Below, piece by piece: positions 30,122 through 39,900 of a stretch of 40,499 bases of DNA (position 1 is the first letter of the stretch; every line of letters starts with the position of its first letter). A program made the position numbers and the translations under genes. The DNA comes from an uncultured Candidatus Bathyarchaeia archaeon. Lineage in GTDB: Archaea; Thermoproteota; Bathyarchaeia; Bathyarchaeales; Bathycorpusculaceae. The DNA is taken from contig CAZADP010000001.1 in NCBI GenBank assembly GCA_964483905.1, positions 1 through 40,499 on the forward strand, read 5' to 3'. The notes under the pieces were generated by a model that did not search any database, was not told where the DNA came from, and worked only from the letters and a program-made list of their open reading frames with translations.

Positions 30122-33100
30122 TTGCACAGCAGAAGATTAGCCTTTATTGTAATTTTGCTTGTTTTGTTCAGCATGATAGTGCTATGGTCACCGTTCGCAC
30201 GCGCTAGTATAGTTACTCCGATGTTTTTCATGCTGATTCCGTTATCATTTCTGTTTATTTCTAAGTTCAAGAAGATAGGAAAGAAGCTACGCTTAAAAAG
30301 CAAGTTTTCAATGCTTCTTTTGTTAACGATTGTTTTACTCGTCACAGTTTCAATCGCAAGGCTTTTCTCTGGAACAATGTTTCAAATAAGACCAGTACAT
30401 GCATGGTGGGACAACAATTGGGACTACTGCCGAAAAATCACAATCGATAGTAGTAAAGTGGATGAAGCGTTAACAAATTTTCCAGTGTTGGTTTATTTAA
30501 ACTCTTCAAGGATAAACTGGACCAACGTTCAAGACGATTTAGACGATTTGAGGTTCATAGCAGACGACAACTCAACTGTATTGAAATATGAAATAGAAAA
30601 TTATACTGTGAACAACGATGCATGGTTATGGGTTAAGATTCCGTCTGCTTCTAACACTTCTGACACTAGTTTCTTGATGTATTACGGCAACAACGCTTGT
30701 AGCAGTGGAGAAGACGCAGAGAATGTGTGGGATTCAAACTACGTAATGGTTCAACACATGAATGATAATACTACATCATCGATTTTAGATAGCACATCAA
30801 ATAACAATGATGGCACAAAGAAAGGAGCAGGAGAACCAACAGCAACAACAAGTGGAAAGATAGATGATGCTCAATATTTTGATGGGACAGATGATTATAT
30901 CGCTCTGGGTTCACCTGCCTCCCTACAAATTACTAATGGTACGCTTATGGCTTGGGTTAAAACAACTAACGCAGGGGGTTCATATAGAGATATCTTGGAT
31001 TATCCGCAAAGTTACGGCTTATGGACTAATGAAAATATATTTGGAGTTTACGATTGGGCGGGTGGTGGATGGAAAAGCAGTGGTGTTTCTATCAATGACG
31101 GTAATTGGCATCAAGTTGTATTTGTGAAACAGTATAATATCGCCAGTGGTTCGTTTTTCTATGTAGATGGGGTTCAAGTAGGTAGTGCTATTACCTATGC
31201 CTCAAATAGTTATACTAGTAATTTGAAGATAGGTGTAGAATCAAGTGGGCTTGGTGAAGCATTCAATGGAACAATTGACGAAGTCCGTATTTCAAACGCA
31301 TCAAGAAGCGGTGCTTGGATTAAAGCCTCATACTATTCAGGAAAAGATGAATTGTTAACGTTTGGGTCAGAAGAACTTGGTAACACCGCTCCAACAAACG
31401 ACCAGTTAACACTTGACTTGACTGGTGCAAGCTACAAAGGAACGAAGACACTTTTAGCAGGGAAGCAGGATTACAAGTTTGTGCATTTATGCACGGATGC
31501 TAATGGTGTCACAGACATAACCTATGCCGAGATTCGGCTGGACTGTAATGGTAAAAACGTGATTTTAAGAGCCACTAGAGGTTCTGGCGATACATGGACG
31601 TTCAGCGAGCAAAGCGACCCGTCCAACTACGTCACCCTCAACACAGGCGGTTCTTCGCACTCAACAAACGGAAACCAGAAGACCTTCAACTATCTTGTCA
31701 CTATAAACTGGGCTTGGGGAGACTCTGCCGAAACCGTAGCGGTTCAAGCCTACGTGATTGATTCGCAAAGCGCGAGTGATACTGACAATTATGCAAGCGT
31801 CTTCGGTGTTGAGGCTCACCTCACTTCCTTTTCATTGGCAGTTAATGATTATCGTTGTAACCCCTCGCAGACTTTGACCATGAGCGGTTACTGGTACTAC
31901 GATGGAACTTCAATAGCACCGCCAGACGGCAACTACAATGTTGTAGTCAAACTTTCAGGTGTGCAGAAAGGAAGCACAGACACGACTTTGGTTTCTGGGG
32001 CTTTCAGCATTAGCGATGTCACCGCAGAATCTTCCATTTCAAGCTACTCTTACACGGTTGAAGCGACATACATGAGTGGAGCAGGCTCATTTTCAGCTGT
32101 CATAGTGGATAGGATTAAGGTTTCATCCTATACAGTTTCAGACAGTAGAGCCAACATTAACGATAGTGTAAATATTGATGCTACCCTAGTCTATGAATAT
32201 AGTAGCACGGCAGTAACTACTGGAACTATCACGATTAACACTTATTCAGCGTCACATCAAGGTTCTGGCGTTTATAGAATTACTCGCACCAGCTCAAGCG
32301 TTACAAGTGTTACATACAACACAGTAGCAGGTTCAGAGTCAACACACGATTTAAACACGGTTAATCAAAATAGTCAATCTACAACAGTGATATGGGATAA
32401 TATAGTGGTTTCAGGCAAAGGAGTTACAGTTGGTAGAACAAATATTAATAGCTATCAGCAATATTGGTTTACACTAAGAAGTCAATATGACTCAGCAGTA
32501 GTTTCTTCTGGAACTGTAACACTTAACGGTTCACTCTCCGCTAGTTGGATTTCAGCCCGTAGTCGATGGGAATACAATACAACCAAATCTTCAGCTCAAG
32601 CTCAAGCCTTATATGCCGCATCAGTCAATTGGGACACTTACGGGATTACAAGTCTGTCCAGCCAAACCAGCAATAGCACAAGTATTGTTTGGGACAACAT
32701 TGTTGTTTCTGGTAAAGGCGTGACATCAACTCGGTTGAACATTAATTCTTATGCTCAGTATTGGTTTACTCTCCGTTCTCAATATGATGGAACTCCAGTG
32801 CAGGTTGGAACAGTTTCTTTAAACGGTTCTGTTTCAGCATCATACATTTCAGCTAGAACTCGTTGGGAATATAACGTTACGAAATCTACGGTTCAGAAGA
32901 TGTCGCTTTACGTGGCTTCGGTAAGCTGGTCTATGTATGATATAACAAGTCTTTCAAGTCAAACAGCTAACTATACTACAATAATATGGGACAGAATAAG
33001 AATAGATACATTAGGAGTTGTATCTGGAAGAATTAACGTAAACACTCAGGGAACGTACTACGCAACAGCAAGTTTAGAGTATGATAGTCATGCGTTAGGT

Positions 33101-36100
33101 TCTGGAGATAGTCTAACATTAAGTAGTCACATCTTTACTTGGAACGTTGGGAATAGCAGATTCGAGAATAATACGACAATGGCAACTGTAACTTCAGTTA
33201 CAATAAACAGTTTTACAAGTGGCAACGAAGCTACGTATGGTATTACTGCAGGAAATGTAAACGCTAAAACAACCTCGATAATATGGGATAGATTAACTGT
33301 CAACTATAAGGCAGTAGATAATAGCAGAAGAAACATAAACACTGCAGGAGCAATTAGATTTAAACTTAGGTCAGAGTATGATAGCGCTTTTGTGACTAGC
33401 GGTAGTGTAAGCATAAATGGAACAGGTGCAACATGGGACGCTGGAAATAGTTGGTGGTACATAAGTTACACGCTTAATGCAATAAATATCAGATATTTTG
33501 CCGTTAGTGCAGCGAACTGGAATACTTATGGTATAACTGCATTAAATTCTGGAGTTGCGACTAATACTACGTCCATAATTTGGGATAGGATACGAATAGA
33601 CACACTAAGCAAAACAGACACAGATGGAAGAGTAAACGTCAATAGCCAAGGAACATTTTACGCTACTGCAAGTCTAGAATATGATGGTCACGCTTTAGGT
33701 TCTGGCGATAGTTTAACTTTAAGTGACTGTGTTTTTACTTGGGTTAGTGCAAGAAGTCGTTTTGAATACAATGTCACAAAATCATCGGTTCAAGCCTTAA
33801 TAGTCAACACATTCACTTCTGGAAATGAGGCAACCTATGGCATAATAGTGGGCAACATTAACTCTCAAACAGGAACAATAATTTGGGATAGAGTTGTGGT
33901 AACAATTTCAGCCGATTCGACAGGTCCAGACGCAGGGCAAACTGTAAACTTCACGGTTACAGCGGTTTACGATTATGATGACGCTTCAGTTACATCTTGG
34001 ACGGTTAACATTTATCGTAACGGCACACATTTTGCAACTGGAAACTTTACAGACAAAAGTGATTCCGAAGTTAAATATCTATACACTACAGAAAACGTCA
34101 CAGACAACATATATGACTTAACAGCTTTTACAAGTAACACCGTAACAGTCGTTTGGGGTAACCTATTCATTGAAGTAAACGAAATAAATATTCAAGATAG
34201 TAGAATAAACATTGGGACTCAAGCTACAGTTTATTACCATTGCAGATTCAGTAGTAATCAAAGCAGTTGCACGACTGGAACATTATATGTTAATGGTACA
34301 AGCTTTACTATCAACAGCACAGGCTGGGCAACAGTCACCTTCACTTTCAGCGAGGTAGATAAGAAAGCATTAGTTGTTACCGCTATAGATGTAAACGGAG
34401 AAACAGATTTTCAACAAGGTCCATCAAATCCAGAGATAATTTGGGATAGAGTAAATGTGACAATAAGTGCTGATGGAACGTACGTTATCCTAAAAACAAA
34501 GGTTAATTTCACTATTACTGCAATTTATGAATTTGATTCGAATTCTGTAACGAGCTGGATAGTAAACATTTGTCGAAATTCAACGTATTTTGCAACAGGA
34601 AACTTTACTGATACACAAACATCACCTTCAGTCTATGAATATACGATTGAAAACATAACTGAAGGTACCTACGGATTAACAGTTTTTCAGTCAAACATGG
34701 TAACGGTCGAATGGTATAATAGTCCTCCGGTTGCTTCCTTCAATTATTCTCCTGAATTTCCGATCGCTGGTAACACTGTTACTTTCAACGCCTCAAAGAG
34801 CTACGACGCTGATGGCACGATCAATGTTTATAAGTGGAATTTCAGCGATGGGACTCCAATTGAATCTTCTCCTGCACCAACAATAATGCATGTATTCGGA
34901 ACGAGAGGAAACTACACAGTAACGTTAGCATTAGTCGACGATAAAGGCGCTGAAAACAAAACCGAGGCAACAATAACTATAATAGCTAATCCAACCGCTG
35001 ACTTCACCTATTCGCCAACATACCCAATCACTGGTGAAACTGTCACTTTTAATGCTTCAGCTTCAGCACCAAACGGCGGAACAATCATTAGCTATTTCTG
35101 GAACTTCAGCGACGGAACAACCGCTAACGTGTCGTCTGCTATAACAACGCACGCTTACCTGTCCTTTGGAAATTACACGGTAGCATTGACCGTAAAGGAT
35201 AGCGAAGGATTAACGAATTCCCGCTCTAAAATTATAACAGTAATAGATTATCCGTCTGCCAACTTTACCTATTCGCCAGCATATCCGATTGCTCGAGAAA
35301 CTGTCACTTTTAATGCTTCAGCCTCAAAACCTAACGGCGGCACAATTATCAGCTATTTCTGGGATTTTGGTGATGCAACAAACTCGACCGGACTTGTCAC
35401 AGGTCACATATATCACGCCTTTGGAACTTACGTGGTAACTCTTAAAGTCGTTGATAGCGAACAACTAGCCAACAGCACGTCTCAATTAATAAATGTAAGG
35501 CAGCATCCAACCGCCAACTTCACGTACTCTCCTCTGCTTCCAGTAGTGGGCCAAACTGTTACCTTTAACGCCTCATTATCAGAGCCCAATGGCGGCACAA
35601 TAATAACCTACACTTGGAATTTCGGCGATGCTCAAACAGGAACGGGCATGATAATTAACCACACCTATTCAACCTACAGAACTTATAACGTAACACTAAC
35701 AGTCACTGACAGCGAAGGACTTTCTAACACTTTTGCACAAATTGTCAGAATAATAATCCAACCTACCGCCGACTTCATGTATGCTCCAACCTACCCGGTC
35801 TTTAACCAATCCGTTCTCTTTGATGCTTCAATTTCTTACGATCCCGACGGGATAATCATGACCTACACTTGGAGTTTCGGGGACGGAAACGTAACAACAG
35901 TTAGCGGTTCCTCAATACGGCACGCGTTCGAAAACGCAACCACATATGATGTCACCTTAACAGTGACAGACAATGACGGCTTAACCAACACAATAACAAA
36001 ACGCATAACCGTATACACCACAGTTGTTTTAGTACATGATGTTGCAATAACTAGCATTGAGCCTAAGTCTTCATGGGTGTACCAAGGAAAAACACTTAAC

Positions 36101-36532
36101 ATCACGGTTACAGTTACCAATGAAGGAACCGATCTTGAAACATTTAACGTGAGTCTCTACTACGATAACACAAAAATAAGAACGCATACCGTTATCAACC
36201 TGTTTCCAGGCAAGAACTTAACGCTAACATTCGCTTGGAACACAACAAACCTTTATCCAGCTCAGTATAACATCTCCGCTGTAGCAACCATACTACCAGA
36301 AGAAACTGACACCGCTGACAACACACTAGTTTACGGAACAATAAGCGTATTATGGATGGGAGACATAAACCATGACGGCAAAGTTGACATGCGGGACATA
36401 GCGAGAATAGCAAGAGGCTTCGGCTCCCATAGCGGCGAACCACGCTACGATCCAAACTGCGATCTAAACAATGACGGCAAAATCGACATGCGCGACATCG
36501 CGCCCGCCGCGAAGAACTTCGGAAAGCCCTAA
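30122..36532 (+). CDS. Giant (~2136 aa) surface protein: N-terminal hydrophobic segments, DUF2341, LamG/concanavalin-like domain, ~12 Ig-like repeats, 5 PKD, CARDB, dockerin
   Basis: I place the start at TTG 30122 after GAGGGAGAAAGG (30104-30115). This gives MHSRRLAFIVILLVLFSMIVLWSPFARA; the track start ATG 30080 lies inside the promoter cassette. The DUF2341 part is WWDNNWDYCRKITID...FPVLVYLN...LRF...WV.IP....T.F.MYYGN. The LamG part is DGT..G......GKIDDAQYFDGTDDYI......LMAWVK......DGNWHQVVFV...G....YVDG.....IDEVRISN..RS..WI. The dockerin is GDINHDGKVDMRDIARIARGFG...CDLNNDGKIDMRDIAPAAKNFG. Confidence 0.85.
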   Translation: MHSRRLAFIVILLVLFSMIVLWSPFARASIVTPMFFMLIPLSFLFISKFKKIGKKLRLKSKFSMLLLLTIVLLVTVSIARLFSGTMFQIRPVHAWWDNNWDYCRKITIDSSKVDEALTNFPVLVYLNSSRINWTNVQDDLDDLRFIADDNSTVLKYEIENYTVNNDAWLWVKIPSASNTSDTSFLMYYGNNACSSGEDAENVWDSNYVMVQHMNDNTTSSILDSTSNNNDGTKKGAGEPTATTSGKIDDAQYFDGTDDYIALGSPASLQITNGTLMAWVKTTNAGGSYRDILDYPQSYGLWTNENIFGVYDWAGGGWKSSGVSINDGNWHQVVFVKQYNIASGSFFYVDGVQVGSAITYASNSYTSNLKIGVESSGLGEAFNGTIDEVRISNASRSGAWIKASYYSGKDELLTFGSEELGNTAPTNDQLTLDLTGASYKGTKTLLAGKQDYKFVHLCTDANGVTDITYAEIRLDCNGKNVILRATRGSGDTWTFSEQSDPSNYVTLNTGGSSHSTNGNQKTFNYLVTINWAWGDSAETVAVQAYVIDSQSASDTDNYASVFGVEAHLTSFSLAVNDYRCNPSQTLTMSGYWYYDGTSIAPPDGNYNVVVKLSGVQKGSTDTTLVSGAFSISDVTAESSISSYSYTVEATYMSGAGSFSAVIVDRIKVSSYTVSDSRANINDSVNIDATLVYEYSSTAVTTGTITINTYSASHQGSGVYRITRTSSSVTSVTYNTVAGSESTHDLNTVNQNSQSTTVIWDNIVVSGKGVTVGRTNINSYQQYWFTLRSQYDSAVVSSGTVTLNGSLSASWISARSRWEYNTTKSSAQAQALYAASVNWDTYGITSLSSQTSNSTSIVWDNIVVSGKGVTSTRLNINSYAQYWFTLRSQYDGTPVQVGTVSLNGSVSASYISARTRWEYNVTKSTVQKMSLYVASVSWSMYDITSLSSQTANYTTIIWDRIRIDTLGVVSGRINVNTQGTYYATASLEYDSHALGSGDSLTLSSHIFTWNVGNSRFENNTTMATVTSVTINSFTSGNEATYGITAGNVNAKTTSIIWDRLTVNYKAVDNSRRNINTAGAIRFKLRSEYDSAFVTSGSVSINGTGATWDAGNSWWYISYTLNAINIRYFAVSAANWNTYGITALNSGVATNTTSIIWDRIRIDTLSKTDTDGRVNVNSQGTFYATASLEYDGHALGSGDSLTLSDCVFTWVSARSRFEYNVTKSSVQALIVNTFTSGNEATYGIIVGNINSQTGTIIWDRVVVTISADSTGPDAGQTVNFTVTAVYDYDDASVTSWTVNIYRNGTHFATGNFTDKSDSEVKYLYTTENVTDNIYDLTAFTSNTVTVVWGNLFIEVNEINIQDSRINIGTQATVYYHCRFSSNQSSCTTGTLYVNGTSFTINSTGWATVTFTFSEVDKKALVVTAIDVNGETDFQQGPSNPEIIWDRVNVTISADGTYVILKTKVNFTITAIYEFDSNSVTSWIVNICRNSTYFATGNFTDTQTSPSVYEYTIENITEGTYGLTVFQSNMVTVEWYNSPPVASFNYSPEFPIAGNTVTFNASKSYDADGTINVYKWNFSDGTPIESSPAPTIMHVFGTRGNYTVTLALVDDKGAENKTEATITIIANPTADFTYSPTYPITGETVTFNASASAPNGGTIISYFWNFSDGTTANVSSAITTHAYLSFGNYTVALTVKDSEGLTNSRSKIITVIDYPSANFTYSPAYPIARETVTFNASASKPNGGTIISYFWDFGDATNSTGLVTGHIYHAFGTYVVTLKVVDSEQLANSTSQLINVRQHPTANFTYSPLLPVVGQTVTFNASLSEPNGGTIITYTWNFGDAQTGTGMIINHTYSTYRTYNVTLTVTDSEGLSNTFAQIVRIIIQPTADFMYAPTYPVFNQSVLFDASISYDPDGIIMTYTWSFGDGNVTTVSGSSIRHAFENATTYDVTLTVTDNDGLTNTITKRITVYTTVVLVHDVAITSIEPKSSWVYQGKTLNITVTVTNEGTDLETFNVSLYYDNTKIRTHTVINLFPGKNLTLTFAWNTTNLYPAQYNISAVATILPEETDTADNTLVYGTISVLWMGDINHDGKVDMRDIARIARGFGSHSGEPRYDPNCDLNNDGKIDMRDIAPAAKNFGKP
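32387..34720 (+). repeat. In-frame array of eight ~90-100-aa modules, each opening I-[IV]-W-[DG]-[RN]-[ILV]
   Basis: Unit starts are at about 32387, 32684, 32981, 33278, 33576, 33878, 34148 and 34436, with the array closing at 34706. The first five are spaced 297-298 nt apart. The sub-families alternate (WDNIVVSGKGV..R.NINSY.QYWFTLRSQYD versus WDRIRIDTL....GR.NVN.QGT.YATASLEYD.HALGSGDSLTLS). Confidence 0.8.
34720..36015 (+). repeat. Five tandem PKD domains (~258-nt period)
   Basis: The five units open PPVASFNYSP, NPTADFTYSP, YPSANFTYSP, HPTANFTYSP and QPTADFMYAP. Each carries TVTFNAS.S.PNGG.I..Y.W.F.D and ...Y.VTL.V.D..G. Confidence 0.85.
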
Positions 36533-36538
36533 TATCCA

Positions 36539-36543
36539 TTTTT
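36539..36543 (+). terminator. Short oligo-T (T5) terminator candidate after the giant gene
   Basis: CCATTTTTATG lies 7 nt after the TAA at 36530-36532. Confidence 0.35.
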
Positions 36544-36921
36544 ATGTTAATGAAACGAAAAATTAGTTTGTTGACCTTGGACGTATGATAAGAATGAGGA
36601 TGAAAAATTCAACAGTGTGCAATTTATATTGTAATCACATCTTTCTCTATTCAAATTTAAACTTTTTATCTTCCTCTGTAGTTTTGAAACAAGTTATTAC
36701 TTGTCTCCTCCTCAGTCTCATCAGAGCAGCATCTAAACTTTAGAACCAAACTCGTAAATCACTGTCTAAACTTTACTATCATATGCTTAAACAATCGTTA
36801 GGAACATTAAGAAATGTTAGGTAGCATAATAATTAGAGCGCGCTAAATCTTGAATCATTTTTGAGAAACATGATTGAACACTTTGTAACAGGCTTTTTTT
36901 AAGATGCTGTCGTCATGGCCA

Positions 36922-36950
36922 TAGAATATTTTTTCACAAATAATAAGTAT
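36922..36950 (+). promoter_or_regulatory. Copy 8 (degenerate) of the shared promoter cassette
   Basis: The sequence is TAGAATATTTTTTCACAAATAATAAGTAT. It keeps TAGAA.AT..TT.CA.AA and TAAGTAT in register, and sits 32 nt upstream of ATG 36983. Confidence 0.4.
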
Positions 36951-36982
36951 AAGTTGCTTGTACACATTTTACTGGCAGTTTA

Positions 36983-39900
36983 ATGAAAATTAGAACAAAT
37001 ACATTTTGCATAATTATGCTAACGATAATTCTGATGAGCACTTTGAGCGTAGCTTTCGATTTGAAATTGGTAGGAGCTGAGACAGGTGAAAAGAAGGGTT
37101 TTGACGCTTTTCTGAAAGAAACAAATGAGGTTGCACCATCGAGCAAGAACGATATAGCCAGCCCTGTAGAGACATCTGATGATCCTTGGTACAACATATT
37201 CCAGAAAAATCAAGGTATGGGAACGACTGGAGGACGCTCTTACAATACTTTCCCAAATTCAGAGGACAAAGGCGAAGTGAATAAGACCAAAGGATGGGAC
37301 GATTTCGCGTTTTTTGACGGCAACTTGACAAGTATAATAGTTGGCATCGACAACAAAGAGCCCAACGGTTATCTTCAACTAGAGAAATTAGTCTCCCAAT
37401 ATAATGGCAAAATCATTAACACAGTCGCGACCGAAGGCAAAATCATTGCTGCGGTTGTCGGGTTTTCAATTCACTCCGTGTCCGCTTTCATGCAAAATGC
37501 GCGTGCCGCCGAATTTACAAGCTACATCGAACCGAATATGAAGTTTCAGATAAACCTCGTCCCAAACGACCCTTACTGGAGTTATCAATGGGCCCCGGCA
37601 AAGATACGGGCGGACTGGGCCTGGAACACCACATTAGGCGACCCCTCAATTCGTGTTGCTGTTGTTGACACGGGAATCGACTATAATCATGAAGACTTAG
37701 CCGCCAACTATGTTCCGTTAGGCTACGATTGGGTAAACGATGATGCATACCCTATGGATGACAACGGCCATGGGACCCACTGCGCAGGCATAATCGCAGC
37801 CACAATTAACAACAGCATCGGCATAGCCGGTTTAGCCCGAGTTCGAATCATGGCAGAAAAAGCCCTAGATCAATATGGAGAGGGATATGCAGATTGGCTC
37901 GCCAACGCCATCATCCATGCCACAGATCAAGGTGCAAACATCATCAGCATGAGCTGGGGAGACTACTCGCAGAGCGAACTCATCCATGAAGCCATACAAT
38001 ACGCGTACAATGCTGGCGTCCTACTGGTTGCCGCTGCAGGAAACGAGAACACGGACTTAAAGTTGTATCCTGCGGCTTACGACGAGGTCATCGCTGTCAC
38101 GGCGACTAACATGTACGATGAAAGACCGGGGTGGTCAAATTTTGGAGATTGGGTGGAGTTAGCCGCACCAGGCGTGAGCATTTATTCAACGGTTCCTGGG
38201 GGATACGACCATGCAAGCGGCACATCAATGGCTGCCCCACACGTTGCTGGCGTGGCTGCATTAGCTTGGAGCCAGTTTCAAAACGTAACCCGTGATTGGC
38301 TTCGGCTTTGGCTGCGATACACTGTTGACGACATAGGGGATCCAGGTTTCGACATTTATTATGGATATGGAAGAATAAACGCGAGAAAGGCCGTTGAAGA
38401 AACTCTGCCTGAACATGAACTTATTATCATTGGATGGAAGACTCCTCCATACGTGAAGCCAGGTAATTCGGGAATTATAAATGCGACTATATTCAATTTT
38501 GGAAAAAACGATGAAAGCGATATGGAGGTACAACTCCTAACGAACGGCACATTGGTTGACTCTGCGTCCATAAGCTTTCTTGCAAGTGGCACCTCAACAA
38601 CGGTGAGTTGTTCATGGAGTCCAACAGTCGCAGGGTTATACAACCTTACTTTGTACGTGGTGCCTGTGCCCGGCGAAACAAGCCTAGAAAACAATGTGCT
38701 CTGGAAATACATTTACGTTGGATTTCCGGTGAAAGCTGTTGTTTTGCATTCTGCCGGAAACATTCAGGGCAGCATCATCACCAATTGGCAAGTGCTAAAC
38801 AGTGAATGGCATTGTTTCGGCGCCGCCATGGTCTACATTGACTATACAACATTAAACAAGGATAACCTCACCTATGAAGACATCACCACTACCGAAGCAG
38901 ACGTGTTAATTATTTCATGTGCGTACGATCCATACGCGGGCTGGCAGTTCACAGACTCTGAAATTGAAGCAATAAAGCGATATGTTCTTGAGGGGCACGG
39001 GTTAATAGCCACGGCTGGAACCCTTTATAACTGGGTTCCAAACAACAACAAGCTAGCACCATTATTTGGACTAAACGAAACCACCATGTGGACATCCACA
39101 GGAACAGATCTTCTGCATTTGGTGAACGCAACTCATCCTATATTCACTAATGTTCCAAACCCGCTGGTGTTTCCACAGGTCGGAACCGCGCTTCCCTACG
39201 ACGGCCGGTGGGACTCAAACGAGTTGTGGGACGGCAAGTATCTTGCACTCGGGCATTATCAGGAAAGCGCGATAGTCATGTGCAGAGGCCTAGTTTACAT
39301 TTCTCCATGGCTTGAAGTCATACCGCCGTACTATCACCATCACCTGCAACTACTCTACAACGCAATAACATGGTCCACTTACCAGAAACCTGAACATGAG
39401 CTCGTAGTATCCCTTGAGTGTCCCGCATATCTTGAACCCGCTGAATCAGCATTGCTAAATGCGACTGTCGTCAACAGGGGTTTAAACAACGAAACAAATG
39501 TGGCCTTGTTCTTATACATCGATGGCTTGGAGGTCAACTCTACAACGGTGCCCAAACTGGTCGTAGACTCTTCGTACACGATAGAATACCTATGGACTCC
39601 AGTTATTGAGAAGACATACAATGTGACATCGTTTGCGCCGCCATTACCAGATGAGGAAATTACGTTCAATAATGTGGAATCATCCATAGTCAACGTCCGA
39701 ATATGTCTTGGAGAAATCCTTTACGATGAATCTCATGACAATAGGAACTTCTTAGATCCGACCGACCCAATTAACCACGGTGACGCTTGGGGCTACACCA
39801 CATGGGCTAAGATTGTGACGGAAGCTGGATACAGAATTACCAAGTGGCTTCCCGGCGACGGAGAGCTAACTCTGCCTATTCTGTCGCACTACGATATCCT

